From Sminthopsis crassicaudata (Eukaryota): DNA of 64,000 nt. This document shows positions 11,960 to 24,200 of the stretch, one piece after another. Each line of letters starts with the position of its first letter. The first letter of the stretch is position 1. The stretch covers positions 636,656,558 through 636,720,557 of the forward strand of contig NC_133619.1 in NCBI RefSeq assembly GCF_048593235.1. The letters are read 5' to 3'. The position numbers and the translations under genes were made by a program. Below the pieces are notes generated by a model. The model saw only the letters and a program-made list of their open reading frames with translations, did not search any database and was not told the origin of the DNA.

Positions 11960-13620
11960 AACAAACCTCTAAGATCAAAAGTCATTCCAACAGAGCAAGT
12001 GACTTGGATGGTTCTCCAAAGAATTACTAACCGCAGGTATATGAATGTAATGGAATATTATTGTTCTGTAAGAGATGATGAGCAGGCTTTTTTCAGAAAG
12101 GGCTGGAGAGACTTTCCCTGAACTGATGCTGAAGCGAGCAGAACCAGGAGAACATTGTGCACAGCAACAAGATTTACGTAATGATTGCTAGGGGACACCA
12201 TGCAAGTCATTTTGCCTCACCAACAACAACAAAAAAATGATATGATCAGCTATGACTTAGCTCTTTTCAGCAATGAGGTGATCCAAAACAATTCCAATAG
12301 ACTTGGAATAGAAAATGCCACTATATCCAGAGAGAACTATGGAGATTGAATGTGGATTGAAGCAGAATATTTTCATCTTTCTCATTCTTCTCCCCCCACC
12401 CTTTTGGTCTGATTTTTCTTGTACAACAAATATGGAAATGTTTAAAAGGATTACACATAATATTTGGCTTTATATAATCAGATTGCTTTCTGTCTTGAGG
12501 GAAAGAGGGAATTTTGAAAGGAAAGAGAAAAATTTAGAACACCATCTTAGAAAAATGAATACTGAAAACTACTTCATGTATTTGGAAAAATAAAATACTA
12601 TTAAAAAAAAAAATCTAGATGTCTTAGCTCTTTTCAGCAATGAGGTGATCCAAAACAATTCCAATAGACTTGGAATAAAAAATGCCACCATATCCAAAGA
12701 GAGAACTATGGAGACTGGATTGAAGCAGAGTATTTTCATCTTTTTTTCTTTCTTATTCTCCCCCCCTTCCCCATTTGGTCTGATTTTTCTTGTACTAAAA
12801 CAAATATGGAAATGTTTAAAAGGATTACACATAATGTTTGGCTTACATCAGATTGCTTGCTATCTTTGAGAAAGAGGGAATTTCAAGGGAAAGAGGAAAT
12901 TTCGAAGGGAAGAAGAAAACTTTAGAACACCATCTTAGAAAAATGAATACTGAAAACTACTTCATGTATTTGGAAAAATAAAATCTCAAAAAAAAAAAAA
13001 AAAAAAAAAAGGAAGAAAAAGAAATCTAGGAAGGACTTTGGCCTTTTTACACAAAAAGTCTTTCCAGGTCTTACTGTATAGAATTCTAGAGTGCTATAAA
13101 AAATATATAATTTGTAATACATATTACTAAAAATTTAAAATTAAAAAAGGAAAAGAAAATGCCATCTGCATCCACAGAAAGAACTATGGAGACTCAATGA
13201 AGTTTATCAAAGCAAAGCACACTATTTTCACCATTTTTTGTTTGTTTTCCCCTTTTGTTCTGATTTTGTTTTTCACAACATGACTAATATGGAAATGTAT
13301 TTAAAATGACTGTACATGTATAATCTATATGAGATTGCTTGCTATCTTGGGGAGAAAAAAAATTGGAACTCAAAATGTAACAAAAATTACTGTTGAATAC
13401 TATCTTTAAGTGTAATTGGGGGCAGCTAGGTGGTGCAGTGGATAGAGCACTGGACCTGAGTTCAAATCTAGTCTCAGACACTTAAAACTTCCTGTGTGAC
13501 CCTGGGCAAGTCACTTAACCTCAGCCTCAGGGGGAAAAATAAAAATTTTAAAAATAAAAACAAATAAAAAAAAATGTAATTGGAAAAATGAAATATTGGA
13601 AAAAATGATAAATCATATGA
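11960..13620 (+). mobile_element. Cluster of L1 3' ends, including a tandem duplication
   Basis: Marsupial L1 ORF2-end/3'UTR motifs (gaatattatt...gatgatgagcaggct, gagagaactatggag, aatatggaaat) and poly(A) tails. Confidence 0.8.
13418..13575 (+). mobile_element. WSINE1-like SINE inserted in an L1 3' end
   Basis: ggggcagctaggtggtgcagtggatagagc...gagttcaaat..., A tail, TSD tgtaattgg at 13411-13419 and 13576-13584. Confidence 0.85.
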
Positions 13621-14089
13621 AAGAATACTCCAAATTACTAAAAATTAGAAAAATGCCAATCAAAATAATGATGAAGCTTCACTTTTAACTCTATAAACTT
13701 GTTAATAATGACAAAGGGAGGGGATGGTCTCACTTGGACTATTTTAATTTATGGGGATGAGAAATCCCAGACTGATGATTTCATCATGGCAGTTTTATCC
13801 ACAGATGCAATTAGCAACTCCTTAGTCACTTTTAACAGCTAGAGGTGGTCGCCTGGAAACACTGAGAGGTGATGGGACTTGCCCAAGATGACCAAGCCAG
13901 CAAGTGTAAGAGGAAGGACTCAAACCCTGGTCAGAATTCCCTGCTACAAACTGAGCCCCTCTGCTGGGGGCTACACCTACTGGCTCAATTTCAGTTGTTC
14001 ACTCAGGTCGCCATTTAGTGTTTTCTTGGCAAAGATACTGGGGGGGAGGGGGAGGAGAGGAAGGAGGGGGTTTCCGCCATCTCCTCAAA

Positions 14090-14480
14090 CTTGGGAAACT
14101 GAGGCAAACAGGATTTGTTAGGATTACTAGGTGAGAACTCAGGTTGTCTGGACAATTACAAGGTGAGAACTCAGGTTGACTTGACAGTTCTCTGGCTCAG
14201 ACCTGTAAAGGGAGTTTACACCTTAGGAATCCTAGAAGGAGCAAGCTCATTGGTTGAAGTGGTTCTTCCCAGAAGCCCTTGCATTATCCCACGAGTAGAC
14301 ACAGCAGATCTCTTCCCAGAGAGCTTCTGGAGACGACAGCTCGCTACAATTGGCGCCCAATGTGGGGCAAGGACTTTTGCTTATCCTGACAAGAGGAGCT
14401 AGACCAGACCATGGCAAGGATTAAGTGACTTTTGCTCAGAGTCCTACAGCTAAAATGTGTCAGAGGCTAAATCTGAACTC
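14090..14480 (-). mobile_element. CORE-SINE (minus strand) interrupted by an LTR element
   Basis: gaaactgaggcaaac-aggatt | aggatt-aagtgact...gtcagaggctaaatctgaactc rejoins into the SINE consensus once 14116-14416 and one TSD copy are removed. Confidence 0.75.
14116..14416 (+). mobile_element. ERV (betaretrovirus/ERVK-like) LTR + PBS + short leader
   Basis: TG...CA ends and 6-bp TSD AGGATT (14110-14115 / 14417-14422). LTR 14116-14348 shares both ends with the solo LTR at 22697-23303. TGGCGCCCAATGTGGGGC at 14351-14368 is a tRNA-Lys1,2 PBS with one mismatch. Confidence 0.85.
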
Positions 14481-15025
14481 TGGAGGAGAAAGTTTCCAGG
14501 GCTCTATGTGCTATAGCGCCATCTAGCAGCCTGGATATTTCAGCAGCTTTTAATTAAAATCTTCCAAATATAAAATTATGACAAGTGCTTGGCCCAAAAG
14601 AAGATCTCCTTCCCTCCCTTCTTTGGCGAACTGGGGGACTGTGGGAGTTGAACACCGCAGGTGTGGTTGAGTTGATTTTTTTGGTTTTGGTTTTTATTTT
14701 GCTAAGGGATGAACCTCTGGGAAAGGTCAGAGGTGATGTATGAATAAGAAGTCAAACGCTGAATGAGATGGCCACCGGCCTCTGGTCTTCTCTTCAAAAT
14801 ACTTTCCAAGCAAGCCCCCAGAAGGCAGTTCAGAAGGCACCGGCATAAGCGCATCCTTGTCCCTCAGGGCCCAGGCCACTTCTGGGAACACGAGGGAAGG
14901 CTGACTTCCTCATCAGGCTCCCCGCTGCTCCTTCAGAACCCACGCACCCCATGCTGTGCTCCTGGACCGCCCACTATCTGTATAGAGCACTGAGAGACCC
15001 TCTCCCTCCAAGGGAATCAGCGGCA

Positions 15026-15031
15026 TTTAAT
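15026..15031 (-). terminator. Probable poly(A) signal ATTAAA of TBCB
   Basis: tttaat about 205 nt downstream of the TBCB stop on the minus strand. Confidence 0.55.
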
Positions 15032-15235
15032 TCACTTGTCTCACAAACTCACAAGAGCCAAAGGGAAAATAAGATAAAAAATACAACTCAAGATAGGGAA
15101 GGGAAGAGGGAATACACCACAGACATGGAAAAAGGGGGGGGTGTCCCAGGCTAGAGGGTGGGGAAAGAAGGGAGGCTGCATCCAAGGGGACGACCCCCCC
15201 CAGTAGTGTTTAACCCCCCACCCCCACCAGGGGGG

Positions 15236-18200
15236 TCACATCTCATCATCGTCCAGTCCGTAATCCTCCTCTGGGAAGTCCCCAACGGTCACCGTGTGTG
15301 GCTTGACAAAGGCACCATACTTGTCCTGGCACTCAAAGTATCGTTTGCCATTCACACTGCAGACAACAAAGAGTATTGGAGGCTTCAAGCGCACGCGCAC
15401 ACACACCCTCCTCCCCCAAGAGCTGGGCCCCCAGGGACTCTCGACTCACCTGCCGTCATGTTTCCCCAGCGGCTCATCGTAACGCACACCAACCCAGTAG
15501 CCAGGCTTGAAATCCGTGAGTCCTGCCCAGAGCAGCAGTGCCCAGTGAGGAGCTGGCTGAGCTCGGGGCTGACTCATGGTGGAGGGTCCCACCTCTCCCA
15601 GCAACCCCTCCCCCGGCCCTCAGGGCACTCACCCACATACATGACGGTGCCCCGCTTGGTGGGCTGGCCGGACGCCTGCACTTGGCAGCGGCTCCCCACC
15701 GGGATGGCCTGGGCCTGGGCCTCCTCCTCGGCCAGGCGCTGGGCCGCCTCGGCCTCCCGCCGCTTCTGCTCCTCCTCATTGAATTTGCCCATCTTGCTGC
15801 GCTTCAGGAAGGAGCGTACGGAGTCTGGAGGCCAGGGGTCAAGGGGGTCACTGCCCCACACTCACTCCCCCTGCCTCCCTCCATTTCTCCCACCTCTCCC
15901 CGTCCCCCCTCCCTCCTGCTGCTGTACCCGTTCTGCTTTCATAGGCTGACTGGGAGAGCTCAAACTTCTCCACCTGGGACAGGTCCTCATACTCGCCCAG
16001 ACGAGCCCCGCTGCGGTCGATAACCTGTGGGGACACAGTGACTGAGCTCAAGGTCTGCCCCTCCCCAGTCCTTCTGTACTGGGGGGGGAACCATGGCCTC
16101 CTTCAGCCCAGGATCTTGGGGTAGGGTGCCTCCACAGGAAGCATGGCAGAGCTGCACAGGGAGGGCCCCAGCGCGGGCAGAGGGACAGGGCAGGGGAGGT
16201 CTCTCACGTGGATCCTGCAGCCATCATCCACTGGGTAGGAGCCCAAGAGCGCATCGTCCTGGTCGAGTTTCATGCAGAAGCGGTCATCGGCAGTGTAGAG
16301 CTCCAAGTCCATGCAGGAGGCCGGGCTCCCCACGACCAGCTCCAGTTTGCACTGGGGGACAGGGACTCAGTGAGTCGGGGCTGTCTTGGAAGCTGCTGAC
16401 TCCACCATGCGGCCCTCTGACTGCACCCCGCCCAGCTGAAGCAGCTGGGTTACAAGAGAGTGGGGGCGTGGCACAGGCCTTGTGCCTTCCCTGTCTCCCA
16501 GAAGCATGGGACCTTCCCCGCTGCTTCTTCCCTAGGTCCCCAAGCCGAGGACCCAGAATCCTCCTTTTTGGCCTCATCCTCCCCCATTCTCTCTCTCTAG
16601 CTAAACCTCCCCTCCCTCAGCGCCTCAAGCCCCCTGGCTCTGGCCTACCAGCTTCCCCCTCCTGTACCACTCAGGCCTTCTTCCACCCCATCCCAAGACC
16701 AGTCACTATGTATGTATTAGGCACTCACAACAGGCTGGGCACAGAACTAATGGCAGGGGGAGGGGGCCTGCAAGAACCACCTACAGATAAAACATGGGTT
16801 TGATCAAATGGAGTTGAACCCAGGGGAAGCACCAGAATTCAGTGGGCTTGGAAAAGCCTTCCTGTGGGAGGGACCCAAGGAAGCCTAGAAACAGAGATGA
16901 GGAGGGGGAACAGCCAGGGGAAATGCCTGGAGGCTGGAGATAGAAGGCCTTACTCCAGAAACAGCAGAGCCCAGTGTCACTAGATCCCAGAGTGAGGTGT
17001 GAAAAAACTAGAAAGGCGGAAGGGGGCCAGCCTCTGAAGGACTTTAAATGAAAAACAAAAAGGGTTTTAATACAGGGTGTCTCTGACACCATTACATCGT
17101 ATTTTCACTTTTTAGGGCAATTTAAAATTATTAAAGTTTAAAATTGTCCTAAGTCTTTGGGACACCCTTTATTGGATCTGGAGGTAATAGGGAGCCATTG
17201 CACTTTCTCCTGCCTCTTCTTTGATCCAGACTCTCTCTAATCTTCAGTCCTGACCTTTGTATTGATCCTTCCTCACTGCCTACAAACATGACCCTATCTC
17301 CCTCATCCTTAAAATTCTCTGACCTGATCCTCCATTCCCCTACGTATGTATGTCTGGCCCTCGGCTTTGTGGCCTGACTCTTGGAGTAAAACGGCCTCCA
17401 TCTCTTCTCTTCCCACTTGGTTCTATAAATTTCATCATCCAACCAAAATTTCTCTCTCCAAAGTCATCAGTGACTTCTTTACTGCAAATCTCCTTTTCTC
17501 AGTTCTCATTCCTCTTGACCTCTCTCCACTTTTGTCAAGAAGGGTCAGTGGCTGTCTCAGGTGCTTTCCCATGATCCCTTCCCACCTTAGCCACCCACAG
17601 AGATGGATCCACCACTCACAAGCCATTCCCACTGCCTTGCAACTACAAGCCCTGCATCCTTCCAGCCCCAAGTTCTCTCCCAGGCCAACCTATTTTTATT
17701 ATGACCTCTTGAATTTGGTGAACGACTCTGGCTCTCTATTGTCCTCTTGTCCTCAGTCCCTCACCTCCTTATCCTAATGAAGACCCTCCCCTGACCAACC
17801 TGCACCTTGGATCATTCCCTCCACTCACTGCTGTCACTCTGGATTCCTTGTGGCTACATATTTCTGTTATAGAATCTCAACTGAGTCCACACTGCTGCAA
17901 TTCCATTTTCCCATTCACTCCACACCTCTTCAGCCCTCCCCAGAACTCTGCCCTCATTCTCTCAGCCAAGAGAATGTCTGCTTCCTATTTTATAGAATAA
18001 CTAAAGCTGGTCACCTTGAGCTTGATCCTCCTCATCTCCCATCACTGTTAGTTCTCCTTTATCTGTCTCACATAACAAGGTGGCCTTCCTCCTCACAAAA
18101 GCTCACCCCTTGCCAAAAAGAAGCAATTCCATTGTAACTCATCATCTCTAGCAGTTGGTCCCACTTCTCCCATTCCTACTCTCACTTGGTTTCAGCTTTT

Positions 18201-21200
18201 TCTTGTTCTCTGGCTAATTCCCTACAAACATGCTTAGGTTTCCACCATCCTCAAAAAACCCTCCCTTGGTTTTTACATTCCCATTAGCTATTTTCCCATA
18301 CCTCTCTTCCCTTTGGGAGCTAAATTTGAGAAGGTATCTATAATAAATGCCTTCACTTGAGGAGTGGAGCTAAGATGACTAAGAGAAGCCAGGAAGTTGC
18401 CTGAGATCTCCAGTTTCCCTCAGAAACCACTTTAAATCAAGCCTCTGAATAGAGATTGTGGTGTCATAGAACAGACATGGAATGAAACGATTTTCCAGCT
18501 TAAGATAGCTTGGAAGACAACAAGGTGATTCAGGCCAATTCCAATAGATCTGTGATGGAGAGCCACCTGCACCCAAAAAGAAAACTGGAGACTGAATGCA
18601 GATCACAACATATTATTTTCACCTTTTTAGTTGTTGTTTGCTTTGTTTTTTTTTTTTTTTCTTTTCTCATTTTGCTTTCCTTTTTGATCTGATTTTTCTT
18701 GTATAATGAGATAAATGTGGAAATATGTTTAGAAGAATTGCAAACCTCTAATCTATATTGGATTACTTATTGTCTAGGGTAGAAGGGTGAGGGAAAGGGG
18801 AGAAGAAAAATTTGGAACACAAGATTTTATAAGGATGACTGTGGAAAACCATCTTTGCATGTATTTTCAAAATAAAAATCTATTAAAATGTTTAATAAAA
18901 AAAAAAAAAAAAAAGATAGTTGGAAAGACTTCAGCAAAGGTCAATGTCACTTGGGTAAAGGGAGACTGCAGTCCAGGCCAGAAAGTGTCCAGAGGGATGC
19001 TCTTAGCCACAGCACACCAATCAGCAACTGAGATCCCTCAATCCTGGCTCAAAAGGAGAAAACACAACAGACCAGTGGTAGAACCTCCAACCCTGGTGCA
19101 GAAAGTGTATTGCCAGCCCTGGAAACCAAGCAACAATGGGCATCACTAGGTCAGGCTACACCAGTGCTGTATCAACCAGCTTTGTAGGCCCCAGCTCTCA
19201 GAGCTAGTGACCCTACATAAGAAGCATAGGACAGAATGCCCTGGAGAGTAGAGGTCAATCGTAAAAGCCATGAAATAGCACTCCCTCTCCCCAAAATATA
19301 ACTAAAAAGAAGCTCTGCCATAGAAAGCTACTATAATGATAGAGAAGATCAAAACACCAACTCAGAAAACGACAAAAGTGTCTTTGGGTAAAACCTCAAA
19401 GGGTTTTTGGCAAGGGGTGCAAGAATACGGGATTCTGCTGAGGGGGATTACCGAGGCCACCTGGACCCTTGATGCACAATAAGTTTTCTGCCACGTTGCA
19501 GAGAAACGCCCTTGTTGAGCAAGCAAGGAGCAATGATTTGTGATCATGGGAATGAGTGTAAGCTGAGGGTCACAGCCAGAGGCTACATGAGCCGGGATGC
19601 CTGAACAGGGCCTCTGCCTGGGAGCGAGCTGCTGAATTGCTGGATCCACTCTCCTTCCATTAGCAGATACCATGCATATGCAATGCCTATCAGCTGCTTT
19701 TCTGAATGGTGATTGGGGATCACCTACTGTCCTTGTGCTGACCACTCTTGCAAAAATGTACATCACCAAGGCTGTGCAACATAATAAACTGGAGCTCTTT
19801 TCACATTCTATGAATCTCCTGCCTTATTCATTTCACCACTGAGATCAAAGGGTTCATATGCCAAGAGCTCCTAAAAGCCGGCCACAACAGGGATATGAAT
19901 TGGTCTCAAGCACAAAAAGAAATCTAAAAGTCAAATGAAAGTTAGAAGAAAAAACTGGAAAAGAAAAAAGAGATATGCAAGAGAAAGTTAACAGCTTGGA
20001 AAAGGAAGGACAAAAAGTGCCTGAAAAAAATGATTCAAATATCAAGGAACTACAATCAAGAGTACTCAGGATTTACCCTACATTAAAGGGTCAGAGGGTC
20101 TGGAATATAATACTTTGCAAAGCAAAAAAAATTTGTATTACAACCAAGAAATTATCTTTCAGGGGAAAAGATGGACATTCAATAAAATAGGGAACTTCCA
20201 ACAATTTCTGATTAAAAGACTACAACTAAATAGAAAATTTGATTTTCAAATAATAAGATTCAAGAAAAGCATAAAAAAAGTAAACATGAAAGAAAAAAAC
20301 AAACATGTTATTTAAAGGTTAAACTGTTTACACCCCTACAAGGAAAAAATGATGCTTGTAACTCTTGAGAGCTGTACCTTTTATTAAGGCAGTTATAGCA
20401 GGAACATACATAGTGTGTGAGTAGAAATTGATTCGGATGTGATGATGTCAAAGAAAAAGACATTAAGGGGTAGAAAAAGAATTGTTATCAGGCAATGTAG
20501 GAATAAATTAAATCACAAGAGGCACAAAAGATCTATTACAATAGAGGGAAAAAAGGGAGGAGGATGGGCTTAATCTCAACAGTTTTGCCTCAAAGAGGAA
20601 ATGACATTCACGCAGTTGAGTATAGAAATTTATATTAAGTAGGAGGAGAAAGGGGAAAGAAGGGAGGGCAGAAAAAGTAGGAGAAAGGAATAAGTGAAGA
20701 GAGGAGGGGTGATAGAGAGAGAGAGCAGGTGTGTGTGGGGGGGAGGGGGGTTGGCTCAGAAACAAAAGGAACAAGGTAGAAAGAGGAAAAAAGTATATAC
20801 AGAGTAGAAAATAGGATGCAGGGAAATACACAGCTGGGAATCACAACTGTGAATGTGAATAGTATGAACTCTTCCACAAAATGGAAATGGATTAAAAAAC
20901 AGAATCTTACAACATGCATCTACAAGAAACACGTTTGAAACAGAGCTATACATACAGAATAGGGATAAAACTCTGGAACAGAATGTATTAAACTTCAGCA
21001 GAAGCAAAAAAAAAAAAAAAAAAAAGCAGGGATAGCAATTCTGATCTAAGATAAAAGAAGAAATAATTGAAAGAGATAAGGCAGGAAACTACATCTTGTT
21101 AAAGGGTACCACAGACAATGCAGTGGTACCAACATGAAATGAATGTGCACTGCTACAGCATTCAAATTCTTAAAGAAGATGTAAAACCAGTCACTATTTC

Positions 21201-24200
21201 ACAAAAATTGCTGGGAAAACTAGAAAATAATGTCAGAAACTTGGTATGAACATACGCTTCACACCCCATACCAAAGTAAGATTAAAATGGCCACATGATT
21301 TAGGTGTAAAGAGTGATACTATAAGCCAATTAGGAGAGCAAGTTTGATTATGTTAAACTAAAAAAGATTTTGCACAAACAAAACCAATGCAGCCAAGAAG
21401 GGAAGCAGAAAGCTGGGGGAAAAAATTTACAATAAGTTTTTCTGATAAAGGCCTTGCTTCTAAAATTTATAAGAATACAAGTCATTCTCCAATTGATAAA
21501 TGGTCAAAGTATATGAACAATTTTCAGATGAAGAAATTAAAACCATCTATTTAGTCATATGAAAAAGTTTTCTAAATTAATATTGATTTAGAGAAATTCA
21601 AATTAAAACAACTCTGAGATACTATCTCACACCTCTCATATTGGCTAAGAAGACAGGAAAAGATGTTAAATGCTGGAGGAGATGTGGGAAAATTGGGACA
21701 CTAATGCATAATTGATAAAGTTGTGAAATGATTTCAACCATTTTGGAGAGCAATTTGGAACTATGCCTGAAGGGCTATAAAATTGGGCACACTCTTTGGT
21801 CTAGCAGTGTCATTATTGGGTCTACATTCCAAAAAAAAAAAAAAAATCACGAAAGAGGAAAAAGGACCCACATGTACAAAAATGTAGCAGCTCTTTTTGT
21901 GGTGGCTAAGAATTGGAAAATAAATAGATGCCTATCAATTGGGAATGGCTAAATAAGTCATGGTGCATGAAAATAATGAAATATTATTGTTCTTTTAAAA
22001 ATGACAAATAGGCTGATTTTTAGAAAGACCTGGAAAGATTTACACTAACAGATGCTGAGCAAAACAAGCAGAACCGGTAAAACATTGTACACAGGAACAG
22101 CAAGATTATGTGATGATCAATTACAAACATAGTTCTTCTCAGTAGTTCAGTGAACCAATAAACTTTGGATGGAAAATGCTATCTGCATCCAGAGAAAACT
22201 CTGGAAATTGATATAAATTAACAAATGCTATGTTCACTTTTTTTTCTTTTTCTTTTCCCCTTTTTATGATTTTTTTTCTCCCAACATGATGCATAAAGAA
22301 ATGTTTTTAAAATTAATGTACACATATAACCAAAAAAAGTTGTTTTTACATCTAACTGAGGAAAATAAAAAATTTAAAACAAATAAAATATCATAAAAAA
22401 AAGAGAGAAAGAAGTACAAGTGAGAGAAAGGATGGAGGGAAATACACAGCTGGTAAAAATAAATGTGAAAGTGAATGATGGGGCAGCTAGGTAGCACAGT
22501 GGATAGAGCACTAGCCTTGAATTCAGGAGGACCAGAGTTCAAATCTGGTCTCAGACATTTAACACTTCCGAGCTGTGTGACCCTGGGAAAGTCACTTAAC
22601 CCCAGCCTCAAAAAAAAAGAAAAAAAAAAAAGTGAATGAAATAAACTCTCCCAAAAAACGGAAGTAGATAAAGAGTGTGGAATAAAAATCATAATCTGTG
22701 GCGAGCTGTCGTCTCCAGAAGCTGCCGGATCGCTCTCTGGGAAGAGATCTGCTGTGTCAACTCAAATCTCTTGGACAGATTCTTCTTCCTGTAGTGAACT
22801 GTTGTCTCCAGACAGTTGCTGTTAACTCTTGTCCATAGAAGTGACTTCCCTTCCTGCAGAGAGCCCCGTCAGGCCTGATGTAATGCAGAGACTTTTTTTC
22901 CTCCTGGAGTGCTGTTGTCCAGCCCTTGTCCTTCCCCTAAGGTGTAAACTCCCTTTACAGGTCTGAGCCAGAGAACTGTCAAGTCAACCTGAGTTCTCAC
23001 CTTGTAATTGTCCAGACAACCTGAGTTCTCACCTAGTAATTGTCCAGACAACCTGAGTTCTCACCTAGTAATTGTCCAGACAACCTGAGTTTTCACCTAG
23101 TAATTGTCCAGACAACCTGAGTTCTCACCTAGTAATTGTCCAGACAACCTGAGTTCTCACCTAGTAATTGTCCAGACAACCTGAGTTCTCACCTAGTAAT
23201 TGTCCAGACAACCTGAGTTCTCACCTAGTAATTGTCCAGACAACCTGAGTTCTCACCTAGTAATTGTCCAGACAACCTGAGTTCTCACCTAGTAATCCTA
23301 ACAATAATCCTACCAGAAGTTGTTTACAAGAAACATATTTGAAGCAGAGCTACAAAGTAAAGGCAAAAGAATGGAACAGAATATATTATGCTTTAGCTGA
23401 AGTAAAAAAATCTAAAGTAGCAATCCTGATTTCACTTAAGCAAAAGCAAAAATAGATCTCATAAGGAAAATACATTTTGCTAAAAAGTACCATAGACAAT
23501 GAAGTAATATCAAAACTAAACATAGATGTGTTAAGTGTCTGAATTCTAAGAGAAGTTAAGTGACTTACAAAAAGGGACAGCAAAACTATACTATTGGGAG
23601 ATCTTAACCTCTACCTCTCAACATTAGATAAATCTAGCCACAACAACAAAAGAAAGTTAAGGAGATGATAGAATTTTAGAAAAAATATATATGGAAAACC
23701 TCTGAAGAAAATTGAATGGTGTTTACATATATATATATTTTTTTTCCCACCTTCACAAAAACTGACCAAAAATTAGGGTTTGAAAATCTCACAATCAAAG
23801 ATTGAAAGACAGAAATATTAACTGCATCCTTTTTAGATCATGATGCAATAAAAATTACATGCAATAAAGGGCCATGGAAAAATAGACTAAAAACTAATTG
23901 GAAACTAAACAATCTAATCCTAGAGAATGAGTGGCTCAAAAAGCAAATCATGGAAATAATCAAAAATTTCATTCTCAAGAACAAGAAGATGACAACATAC
24001 CAAAATTCACAGGATGCAGCCAAAGCAGACCTTAGGGAAAATTTTATTCTTCTAAATGATCACATGAATAAAATAGAGAAAGAGACGAACAATTAATTAG
24101 TAACTGTAGACAATATAAAATATTTGGGAGTCTACTTGCCAAGACAAACCCAAGAATTCTCTATGAACATAATTACAAAATATTTTTCACAAAGTGACTT

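Noticed and set aside
22986-23300. Hormone-response element in the 32-bp LTR unit (AGAACTcagGTTGTC)
   Set aside because: Does not fit the AGAACAnnnTGTTCT palindrome.
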